Assembly: GCF_000002075.1 (NCBI RefSeq)
Contig: NW_004797531.1
Coordinates: 527,107-591,106, forward strand
Length of the DNA stretch: 64,000 bases
Origin: Aplysia californica
Taxonomy: Eukaryota
Direction: 5' to 3'
The notes under the pieces were generated by a model, which had not been told where the DNA came from, did not search any database, and saw nothing but the letters and a program-made list of their open reading frames with translations. Positions within the stretch are counted from its first letter, which is position 1. Each line of letters starts with the position of its first letter. Below are positions 10,843 through 22,302 of this stretch, one piece after another. The position numbers were made by a program, and so were the translations under genes.

Positions 10843-12242
10843 CAGTGGGTGTCGCATTCAACGAGGTTGCCAGGACCGGCTTGTTGTCCTCGTTAGATCT
10901 GACCTCTCGTTGAACGTGACGAAGGCTAACCAAATTTTCCGCAGAAATAAAAAGGAGAACTGCAATGGCTAAGGCTAGTTTCAATAAAAATGAGCCCAAT
11001 CTGAAAAATAGAAACATATCAATGAACACCAAAATGAAAGTCCTGAAATGCTATGTTTGGTCAACCCTTCTATGGCTGTGAATGCTGGACAATCACTAAA
11101 GACAGTGAAAATAAAATAAAGGCAACAGAAATGTGGTTTCTTAGGAGACTGCTAAGAGTATCGTGAAAGGAAAAGAAATCAAATAAGGTAGTGCTTGATG
11201 AAGCCCACGTGGGAAGCTCAATGTTAAAAACAATCAGGAAACGACAAATGCAGTTTTTGGGACACCTGAATAGACATAAGGGTCTTGAACATCTAGCTCT
11301 CACTGGCAAAATTGAGGGCAAGCGAGGCAGGGGTAGACCCAGAACAACATACTTAGGGAACCTAAACAAATAGGTAACAGGGAAAGATCAGGGAAACGTA
11401 GCTTTTCTGAGAGCATCCGAGCAAAGGAATGAATGGAAAATCATGATCGCCGATGTCTGTCGCAGATCTGGCACTGGATGATGATGATGATGATGATGTA
11501 CCAATATCAGTTATTAAAACAGTTGTTCCCCCTGATGACGAAAATCTCAAACAGCATCAGTGTGCGCTTGTTTGAGCTGTGTTCTGACCGTCATTTCTGT
11601 TTTTTTCTTCTTTTTTTTGGGGGGGGGGGGGGGAGGGTTTCGAACATTTCTCTTGTGGAAACATACCCTCTCACATATAGGCCTAGATATCTACATAAAA
11701 TAAGAGCGGGAGCTTGGATTTTCTGATCCGGAGAAGAAAAGAAATTGAAAAAAAACAACTGAAGGTCTAGATCTCGCGCGCTTATATGACCTTATGCAGT
11801 TGGGAGCGCCGTAAAACACTTACCCCCAAAAAAGGTCTAGATCAAATCTAGGCCAAGCCATCCAGAGTTCATCCAGTTTTTCACTGCCCGCGTCACGTTC
11901 CCACTCACCACCTCCCATCCCTACTGTACGCTAACCCTCGCCCATCCTCTTGGCTTTGGGACCCATAGTAGGAGGCACACTATGTCCAGCAATACAATGT
12001 GTTAGGAATCGAGGGTATGATGGGCCTTGTGCTTCGCGTGAGATGGTGAGAAAGGAGAAAAATTCTTCGCTTTTGGGGCTGCTACTTGCTTTTATTTGGT
12101 TATTGCGACCTCGTTGAAAGCGACTTCGGTCTGCTTGCAACCTCGTTGGAGCTGACGTACATTTACAAAGAGATATAGAGGAAAAATCAGGGATAAAGGA
12201 TTGCCTCGTTGAAGGTGACCTCGTTGAATGCGACACCCACAG
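10843..12242. mobile_element. Tc1/mariner-pogo-type MITE, copy 1 (carries nested retro-insertions)
   Basis: TIR CAGTGGGTGTCGCATTCAACGAGG (one mismatch at the right end), TA flanks; body homologous to 20797-21583. Confidence 0.88.
10930..11498 (+). mobile_element. 5'-truncated RTE-like LINE, same family as 710-1110
   Basis: EIKRRTAMAKASF...YGCECWT...MWFLRRLL...GKRGRGRP; (GAT)n tail. Confidence 0.88.
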
Positions 12243-12280
12243 TATTTTATGAAAAACCAGGACCACGAGAATATAACCCA

Positions 12281-12462
12281 AGCCGCGTGATCAACCGCCT
12301 AAGTGACAAAATTTCAGAAAATCACTTTTTGATCCCTTTATGAAGTACATGTACGTATCGGAATTTCAGATTTATAGGTACGAGCAAAAAGAAATAAAAC
12401 AGTTTTTTGCTCCTCCTGAAAAATTTTGTCTTTTCGCACTTAGGCGGTTGAATCACACGGCT
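12281..12462. mobile_element. small MITE-like element
   Basis: About 25-bp TIR AGCCGCGTGATCAACCGCCTAAGTG / CACTTAGGCGGTTGAATCACACGGCT. Confidence 0.7.
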
Positions 12463-13522
12463 AGCGATAATATTGTTCCAAACCTAAATAACATCATCCT
12501 CAGCAAGTCTTTGGAACAATATCATCAATATAGCAATGCAAACAAGAGGTATCAGAAAAGATATATAAAATGATATTACATGGAAGAAATAATAATAATC
12601 TGTGAAACTTGTGTTGACCATCAATGATTTATTTATAGAGGCACCAGCCATCCATGTGAAATATGTGTTAACAGTATTCAAAATCAGGTAATGAAGTACA
12701 ATGGAGCAGATTCTCATTGCAGAAAGACAAAAATGATCAGATTATCTTGATTATAAATCTGCAACCAGCCAGCCGTAATAAATTTTACAGTGAAACGCGG
12801 ATTCAACAAAAGGAGACGGATTCCCCATTTAAAAAATTCATTACAATCAACAAATTAACTTGGATTCAACGAACACATGAATATGAGCAAACTTGGATTC
12901 AATGAAGTGGTTTGCAGGGCAAACAGCCCCCATGCCCCCATTGATCATGTAGCTTCACACATTTTTCTCCTGTAAAGAACGTTTTCTATTCAATTCCAAG
13001 AGACTATTGATCGTGGATCATAACATGCTTATTAATGTTGTAGTCTATTGCATACATCTTATGCGACCAATAAGAATAAAAAGCCTTATTTTACGCCAAT
13101 AAGTGCGTTGTTGAGGCACGTGTAAGACATGATGTGTCTTGGTGTATGCTGGGGTCAAGAGAACCTGGTTGGGAGGCTGTTGTTAAGGCATGTGTCGGGG
13201 GGGGGGGGGGGGGGGGGGAGGGAGTGTTTGGCTCACGCGTTTCTAGCATGGAAAGTCAGCAGAGATACATGCATCACAACCATATCCACCCCTCCCGCCT
13301 GGCTACTGGACATTGAAAGGCTCGTCTCAACAAAGATCTAAATCTATGTGATGAATAAAGAGCTGGTCTGTGGAGACAGATGTTGCTGTATGCAAGGCCC
13401 TACATTGTGACGCAACTTGTGGCCCACTTTGCTATAACAAACACTTGGACTCAATGAAATTGAAGGTCTAGCTGGATGACTTTGTTCTGTCAGAGTTTCA
13501 CTGTATGTTATATATATATATA

Positions 13523-14340
13523 CAGTCAAACCTGTGTAAGACGGCCACCCATTGTCAAGGAGAAAAGTGGCCGCATAAGACAGGTGGCCGTCTTAGGCAG
13601 GACTGATCAAGATAAAGAAAACAAACCATTCCCATCTGAGGCCCCAATCGAAAGTAGCCCCATTGTTGTTGTCTTTGTTGGTGTTGTTGCTGTTGGTTTG
13701 TATTTCGTTTGTAATTTTTATTTTGTCGCTGATTTTGCACAATGGTGACAATAAAACGAAATGTATCAGACAAAGAAGACCGAGTGCCATGTTAAAACAA
13801 ACACATGGGTCGCCACCACTCCGAGAACAAGGGACGCTTCTGTAACAAGTTCATGTTGACGTCCTTTGTTACTTTGTTACAGACTGGGTAAACAGTAACC
13901 ACTCATCTCACTTACGATTTGTGTATGAGTTCTGGGCGGGGCTTATGGGTTATGAGGGATCACACGCTAACTCACCTGCAGCTGAAAATTGGTAGCTATT
14001 GGTCAACAGTGGGAGGGGCCTACGCAACATGATCGGTTGGAGGGACTACCTAACAACAACGACAGGTGATTGGATTATGACGGCTCGCCCACAACGCCAG
14101 GGGCCAATGCACAATTTATGACAAAACGTAATGGATTCACTAAGGTGACCGTCTTAGACAGGTATTGTTGCTTAGTATTATAGGGGTTGTGTGTTAAATT
14201 TTTGTGGCCGCGGCCGCGTTGGACAGGTGCCCGTTTTACACAGTTAAATTATATAGAAAAAACGCAAGGGGGGAAATGGAAAGTGGCCGTTTGTACAGGT
14301 GGTTGTCTTATAGAGGTGGCCGTCACGGCAGGTTCGACTG
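13523..14340. mobile_element. Tc1/pogo-type MITE (inverted sister copy at 54660-55502)
   Basis: TA|CAGTCAAACCTG...CAGGTTCGACTG|TA; internal ACGGCCACC motifs. Confidence 0.85.
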
Positions 14341-17300
14341 TATATATCAGGCTGTAAGCTATGTCGGAGTCTGATGGGGCTTTTATACAAGAGTTTCGGG
14401 GAAATAAGAAAATTTCTAAAATCACATTATTCATACAGAGGCTCATACATTGAGGTTCCTATTTTAACTATTCAGTCATAACCCTGACCATGAAAACAGC
14501 AACTTCCCACAAAACTGTGTCTGTCATAAGAAAGTGCAAAGGGGAGAGACAAGTAAAGAAGGATGGAGCTTGGAGCTATTTAAATTAAAAGTACTTTACT
14601 TTGTCATGGGAAATTTCAAGAATGTAGGCTACTTGAAGGATAGACCATCAAACATGTATTAACATCAATTAACAATTTAGTAATTCACATAGATGAGATT
14701 TACATCATAAAAGAATCATGAATGTTTCTTACATGTGATGCAAAAGCAACGCCTTGTGACAAAATTGGGTTGTGTTGTTTTGTTTTATTGGTCAAGAAAA
14801 CGGTACCTTACATTACAAAACAGCCTCATATCTAGCATGTCAAGGAATGAATAGATAACTTTTAAAAACAATAATGAGGAAAGAACTGGGTAGAGTCAGA
14901 GCAAATAGGAGAATTCAAAGTACATTGTCATACACAAAAGTACAAACAAAAAAAGAAAAATGACAAAGTGAAAATGTATGTGAGTATCAAGTAGTCTCAA
15001 ACAATACAAAAATTAATAAGGTAGGCGACATGATTTTCATATTATTTTTATTAAACAAGTCTCCAGCATCAACATTCTCTTAATTAACAAATAAATTCCA
15101 CCTGTTCCTTCTAAGTGGATGGCTCAGTCACTTTTACAGGTCTCTTCTTAGGTCATAGGTGTTCTAAAATGGTTGGGTAAGTAAACTTTTCAGTCAGTAG
15201 ATAACAGAACAGGAATGGTGGTCTTCTAACCAATGGTATTTCAAAATTGAGGCATGAGATTAGATAGAGCCTTCGCACAAATTGCAAACTTGCTTTCGGG
15301 TTCGTTAGAAAAAAAATCAAACCCCAGTACTTAATTTATACATGTCATGTGTAAACAAAATCTGCAGGACTGCCAGATTTTCTTTGGTTTAGCCGTGTTT
15401 TTAGTTTAGAGAGAGTTGCTCAACTAGAAGTAACTGCTGACAGTGTTGAGTTAGGAATGCCATTATTTCAACAAATTCCACTTTTTGGAAATTTTTATTT
15501 TAAAACTTTAAAAAAGTAAACATGTAATATGAGCAGTAGGCTGTACTCATTGTGTGTGCTTTCTCTTTGACATTGTCAGCTTGCTTAATCAGCTGAACAG
15601 TCACACAACACAGACGAAAGAGTAGCTAAGCACAATGTACTGCAAACTGCTCTATACTGAACTCTGAGCTACTTGAGAGATGAGAGAAAGCCCAATGTCA
15701 ATAACGTCACGAAACACTACATGTTTTGGGATAAACATACATTCCATATCCTTGCTTCACTAGGCCTATACACACTCATAGTGTGTAAGCCCATTCATGT
15801 GTGTGATAAACGTAGACGTAGACAAGCAGCACACTGGGCGATGCTTCTCTCTGGCCCCAAATAGACACAATTACGTTCTCGTGTCTCTTTCTCCTATTTT
15901 ACTACCTTGAACTTGAAGCACATAGAACTCGATGATTTTTTATTTAAGAGTTGCTAGTAAAGATTTAGCCTACATAACCTTTAAAATTCTTTTCAGCTTA
16001 GAAGTATCTGTAATGGGAGCATTTTCATTTTGACTAATCAATAGTTTTCTTACAAAGTAGAAAGAAGAAAAGAAATAGGGGATTTTGTTTTCTTTGATTT
16101 ACTGCTGCATTAAGTTTTAAGTGAAATCCACTGTATCACTCAAATTTGTGTGAGAAAAGATGATATCCAACACACCTTAATTTACAGAAAGCAAAAAATA
16201 ATATAGTGGAAAGTGCGTTTGCATAAGCTACATATTGTCAGCAAGCGCTTAAAATGTACTAAGCCCAGAAAAGTTTACAGGAGAGAGAAAAAAAACCTGT
16301 TTCAGTCTTTCAACAATCAATTGTACCTACATTATGTATTTTTTCTTGCTATTATCAACATTTAGTTTAATAAGAGTTTTACAGCGCCCACAACTACATA
16401 AGAGGTCATATGAGCACGTGAAACACAAATTTGTTGCATTCACAAGAGTTCACAGCACAGCTTGATTTTGTTTAATGGTTAGGTTGAAAAGTTTAGAATT
16501 TCACTATAAAAATTTCAGCCTCACAAACAACGATTTACACTACATGTACATTTAATATAAATGATATCTACACCTTTGAGTAAACAGTTTATAAGGGCTA
16601 TTTCAACAAAATACCTATTGAGCACATGCAACATATACCACAGATTAATAAACTGCAATAAAATAATAATCTTATTTATATATAATATATATATATATAT
16701 TTATATATAATATAAATATTATATACATTATAAATTTTGGGCTCAGTACATTTTAACAGCTGGTCGACGATGTGGTTTGTGCACGAAACTAGGTGGAAAT
16801 TTTTACATGTCTGTTTCTGACTATACCAGCGAGTAAATGTTTTCACATGTTATAAAGACTAGAAAATCCATACATGTAACTACCACAAACAAATATTTTG
16901 TTGATTCATATCTCTATTTCAAACTCAAGCCATACTGATCCATATAATTTCGAAGACACTCTCAGAATATCGTCACGGTGCTGCCAATAGGCCTACAGCG
17001 TTGTGGAATAATGTACATAACATAATACCAGCTACAGCTGTTATTTAAAATATCAGAATTTAGACAGTACCTTTCTTTTAATCAGTGTAGTCAAACCTCA
17101 TTTTACAGTCACTCTTGGGATAAGCATGAAGTTGGCGTAAATAACTCAGGTCTTGTTTCGTTTTCGAAATGGAAACCAAGCTCCCGTGATGCACTAGCAT
17201 GAATCACATGTTCACAACAAAGATGGCCTTGAAAGGCAGCAAAGTTTGAGAGCGGCAGTGGTTTCAAACATTTTGTTGATCAAAATATCCTAAATTGAAA

Positions 17301-18099
17301 ATTTGACTGATCACTTGTCCACGTTCATTATAAGGCTTTCTTTTTGTACTTTTATTTGATTATAAGGTTTCTGTAATGAAGTAATGATCAAATAGCATGT
17401 GTAAATGTCTAAAAATTAAATAAACAGCAAAGGGGACCCATGGAGGGGGTGGCCACATAGTTATTCCCTCATTTTTTACAAGGGACTTCTTGACAATCAG
17501 AGACGGCAGCAAAATCCCCTCCATTGGGATATTGTTGCGATCAGTTGCTAACAGTGCCCATTTAACAGCAGTTTAGCTTACATAAGATAAAATTTATATT
17601 TGCACCATTTTCTAAGGTGGTGTACAATGAGTGTAGGGCACACAAATATCAGTGCAAAATGCAGAAAGTTAGGTTTGTATCCTCTCGACTTCAATGCGAT
17701 CAATCATTCAAAACTGACTCCATCGGATTCGCTGCAGTCTGAAGAAACTGCACCGTCACACATACCTCTTGATGATAACAACCATGAAGACGTGGGTGGT
17801 CGGCGGGTGCTCTGGTGTGGTTTGCTCCTTCTTTCCTATCAAACATGATCTATCGTCTTTATCTCTTCTCCTTCTTTCTTATGTTTGTTACTCCCTCGTA
17901 ACACCTCTAATCTTTTGGCCCTCATATGACCTTATGCAGTTGCGAGCGCCGTAAAACCTCTACATGTACTAAAACAAAAAACCATGAAGACCAGTCTATG
18001 TCTTTTTCGAGGAAGAAAGATTATCAAGTAGCCAATAAAGGGTGCTGTGCTCCATGTGTAGAGTCTACCTCTAGCGGTCAGTTTGCTGGAGGTGAAAAA

Positions 18100-18325
18100 A
18101 AATGGTGAAATGGTACAGGTTAACGCCTTTATCAACAAAATTAGGGTATTTAAGAGGTGGGACCTCCGAGTTTAATGTCCATGTCCAAAAGGATTAGGCC
18201 AAATGGGGAATCCTGTAAAGTGCCTTTCTCAGGGACACAATGATGGACTGAGCTGAGGCTCGAATTGCCAAACTCACAATCTCATGATAACGAGTCTGGT
18301 AGCCTAAACACTAGGCTACCGACAC
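18100..18325 (-). mobile_element. decayed tRNA-derived SINE (related copy at about 56365-56535, +)
   Basis: B-box-like TTCGAGCC; CCCTGAGAAAGGCACTTT core; AAACTCGGAGGTCCC shared by both copies. Confidence 0.65.
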
Positions 18326-18439
18326 CTCGCTGGTGGCATGGCGGGGCAAATTTACATTAGTACAACTCAAACATATTTTCAATATAAAACAATTTTTCTA
18401 GTTAACATAGTACAATTTCACTTTACAATTTGCCATAAA

Positions 18440-20470
18440 GGCCAATGGCCTTCATAAAATTCAGAGATCTTCCAAAGACAGATGTGTACAATTCTGGATG
18501 GTCTACCAGGTGTCATTTGTCACACAGATGACATTCTCATACAAGCACCTGTTCAGGACACTCACAATAGCTTTACAAGCGAGTCAGACAAGTCCTGAAG
18601 CATCTCTAGAGAGTTAAAATTACTCTTAACAAGTGTGAATTTTCGCAGTCATCCATCAAATTCTTGGGCACATCGTGAATGACAGAGGTCTCAAAGTAGA
18701 TCCAGGAAATTGAAAGCCATTTGAAAGTTTCCTCAGCTCAATAACGTCACCTAGCTATAATGCTTTCTGGGCAGGGTGAATGAGACAGCAAAATTCTCTC
18801 CTATCTCCTAACTTGGTTACTGCAACTGAACCTTTGCAAGCATTGTTCAAAACAAGACTCACCACAGTGGACATTGGGAGAACATCAAGAGGCATCTTTT
18901 TAATGCACCAAAGATGGCGTTACCACAACACCTATACTGGTACACTACTCGCCTGACCGGGAGACTATCGTTACTGCTGACGCTCCCATGTCTGGCCTCG
19001 GAGCAATACATCTACAATTCCAAGATGAGGGTCTCGTAGACATGTCGGCTACATCTCTCGAGCTCTGCCAGGTACAGAAAAGAACTATGCAGTCATCAAG
19101 AAGGAGGACCTAGCAGCAGCATGAACATCAGAACACTTCAGTGAGTACATCTTTGGCAAGCAGTATAAACTGGAGACAGATCACAAACCCTTGGTCCCTC
19201 TCCACTCTGCCAAGGAACTCCACAAAATGCCACCAAGGATCCAACGACTCCGTCTGAGGCTGATGCGCTTCTCACTAAATGTGTTGCATGTTTCTGGAAA
19301 GCATCAAACCATTGCGGACACACTTTCTCCTGTTCCAACAAATCTGCCATCGGAGGCAGAATCACTCTTCACTGATGAAGTTGCACACTTTGCGCAACAG
19401 GCTGTTGACAACCTCGCTGCTTCATCACAGAGATTTCAAAGTATTGTCTCACGGCAGAAGAATGACCCAGAAATGTTGGGAGTTTGGAAATACTGTATCA
19501 CAGGCTGGACAGCATACAGACCTGAGAATCCACTTTTGAAACAGTATTGGACTAATCGCCTTCACTTCAGTATTTTGAATGATGTTCTTTTGTTTGATGA
19601 ACCACTTGTAATTCCACAGGATTTGAGAATGGACGTTTTCAATTGACTCCACAAAAGCCATCTTGGCATCAAGCTCTAGCTCAATCTTCAGTTTGGTGAC
19701 CCAATATCACCAGCCAGATCGAGGAGATAGTGAAGAAGTGCAAAACTTGTTTTTTCCAGAAGGAACCTCAGCCCCCTTCATCGTTACCTGACCGACCTTG
19801 GTCTCAATTGGCCATGGATCTATTTGACATGAAAGGTCAGACCTGCATCGTCATGGTCCACTATATTTCTCATTGGGTGGAGCTATGTCTACTCAAAAAG
19901 CTCAACAGTATGCTCATTATCAACAAAATCAAGTCTGTCTTTGCCAGTCAAGACATCCCAGAGAAAATTGTTTCCGACAATCGTCCTCAATTTTCAAGTG
20001 CTAACTTACGAGCTTTCGCCAAAGATTTTGGTTTTAATAACATCACCAGCTCTCCAAGATATCCTAGAGCAATGGTGAGGCAGAAAGAGCGGAGCAAATG
20101 GTGAAGCTTCTCCTCAAGAAAGCCAAAAATCTATACACTGTCCTCCTGCAGCACTGGACTACCCCTTAACACAATGGGTATGCCCCAAGTGAGCTTCTCA
20201 TGGGGAAGGAAGCTTCAAACCAAAGTCCACATTATACAGAATGACTTACAACCGAGTACCGTCAATCTACCCTCTGTCCATCAAAGGGAGAAAAAGAGGA
20301 CAGACACAATGCAGCTATTCCAGAACTTTGCCTCGTGGATTCTGTCCACATTTGAGACCTAAGCCAACTGGGCATCGTTATCAACAGACACCCCAATCCA
20401 TGCTCCTACACAGTGACCACTGAAAAAGGGAACAATGTTTGCCACAACAGAATTCATCTCCTGGCTACCC
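18440..20470 (+). mobile_element. decayed Ty3/Gypsy pol (RT, RNase H, integrase) with many stops and frameshifts
   Basis: SEIFQRQM...ICHTDDIL (RT); ADAPMSGLGA and ETDHKPL (RNase H); PDRPWSQLAMDLF, IVSDNRPQF, SSPRYP (integrase). Confidence 0.9.
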
Positions 20471-20796
20471 CAGAGTCTGGGGCAACACACCGTTTACGAC
20501 ACAGCAACCTGACACCTCAAGCCCTGCTCTGGGGTCAGCGCAAATACACCGGCGGCCCCAGGGGAAACACCATGTGCCATTTGTCAGCCGATAAGATGGA
20601 GAAATCAGAACACCAAAGGGACTGGACCTGTAACTCAGTGACCTATATTTAGCTCCGAGCTCTAAATTCAGATCCAAGTCTTGAGAACTCTTTAAATGAA
20701 GTGTTGCAAACAAATGGAACTTAAATTAAAAATAGATGATCAACCATTGGGACAATAACTTCGGGAGAAATCTGAAAAGCTGTACATTACACTATA

Positions 20797-21583
20797 CAGT
20801 GGGTGTCGCATTCAACGAGGTCGCCGGGACCGGCTTGTTGTCCTCGTTGGATCCGACCTCTCGCTGAACGTGACTAAGGCTAAAGTAAAGAAAGGAGACA
20901 AGTTATTATATTACACGATGTACCAATACCAGTAATTAAAACCGTTGTTCCCCCTGATGACAAAAATCTCAAACAGCATCAGTGTGTGCGTGTTTGAGCT
21001 GCGTTTTGACCATCATTTCTGCATTAATTTTTTTTTCGGAACAGTTTTCGTGTGGAAACATACCCTCTCACATCTAGGCCTAGATCTACATAAAGTAAAG
21101 GCGGGAGCTTGTATTTTCTGATCAGGGGAAGAAAAGAAAGTTGAAAAAAAAAGAAGGTCTCAATCTAGATCAAGACCTACCCATCCAGAGTTCATCCAGT
21201 TTCACACAGCCGCATCGTGTTCTCACCCACCCCCTCCTATCCCTACCGTAGACTAACCCTCGCCCATCCTCTTGGCTTTGGGGCCCTTATTATTAGGAGG
21301 CACACTAGGATCTAGCAATACAATGTGTTAGGAATCAAGGATGGGCCTTGTGCTTCGCGTGAGACGGAGAGAAAGGGGAAAAATTCTTCGCTTTTGGGGC
21401 CACTAATTGCTTTTATTTGGATATCGCAAACCTCGTTGAAAGCGACTTCGGTCTGTTTGCAGCCTCGTTGGAGTTGACGTACATTTATAAAAGGATATAG
21501 AGGAAAAAAATAGGGGATTAAGGATTGCCTCGTTGGAGCCGACTTCTCGTTGAATGTGACCTCGTTGAATGTGACACCCACTG
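20797..21583. mobile_element. Tc1/mariner-pogo-type MITE, copy 2
   Basis: TA|CAGTGGGTGTCGCATTCAACGAGG...CCTCGTTGAATGTGACACCCACTG|TA. Confidence 0.9.
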
Positions 21584-21829
21584 TACCTGTTATAACTGTT
21601 ATGTAACGTACAGGGAATAGACGGTAGGCTACCTTTCTTTTAATCAGTCACTATTTGGTTACAGTGTACAAGAGGACAAAAAATAAAACAAAGAGCCCTT
21701 TCAAGAGTGTGTTTCTTCACTCTCTCTACATCTGGTTGTACCCACAAATTGAACGATATTACAGGTGTAGGCCTAACTCATTTTTTCCATTTTCTGAGAT
21801 AATTTTTTGGGGTTTATAATATAGCCTAC

Positions 21830-21835
21830 TTTATT
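21830..21835 (-). promoter_or_regulatory. candidate polyadenylation signal of the claudin-like gene
   Basis: AATAAA on the minus strand about 310 nt after the stop codon. Confidence 0.45.
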
Positions 21836-22144
21836 ACATTTAAAAATGGAAATGTCTTAATTTACAATAACGGTCAAGAACTTCTGAACAATTCAAATTC
21901 TAAACGATGCACCATGAAGAGGCAAATTACAAAATGGTTATATATTCCATTATTTATAGCTTAAATCTGAAGACATAATGGCAGCACCATGACAATATTC
22001 TATATAAAAGAAGCAAGAAAATTTGGGATGTGCTAGAGGTAAACACTAGGTTCAATTACTAAACATGACCTATAAATTCAACTACAAGCTGAACTTCAAT
22101 AAATTATAATACAAGGCTGATGCTATAAAAAAACCAATCACGAT

Positions 22145-22302
22145 TCAAACTTTTTTATTCAGGAGTGCTGCAGCACACAGTTCCAAGACACATGCTAAGC
22201 ACACAGCACCAGAGGAGTAGGATATGTTTGGACGGTATTTTGGACTGGATTCCATGAGCAAGTTTGTGTAGAATACAATAATGGCCATTGACATGAATGT
22301 TG
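22145..22302 (-). CDS. claudin-like gene exon 3
   Basis: cctttcag|CA ACA...; TFMSMAIIVFY...ISYSSGAVCLACVLELCAAALLNKKV-stop. Confidence 0.85.
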
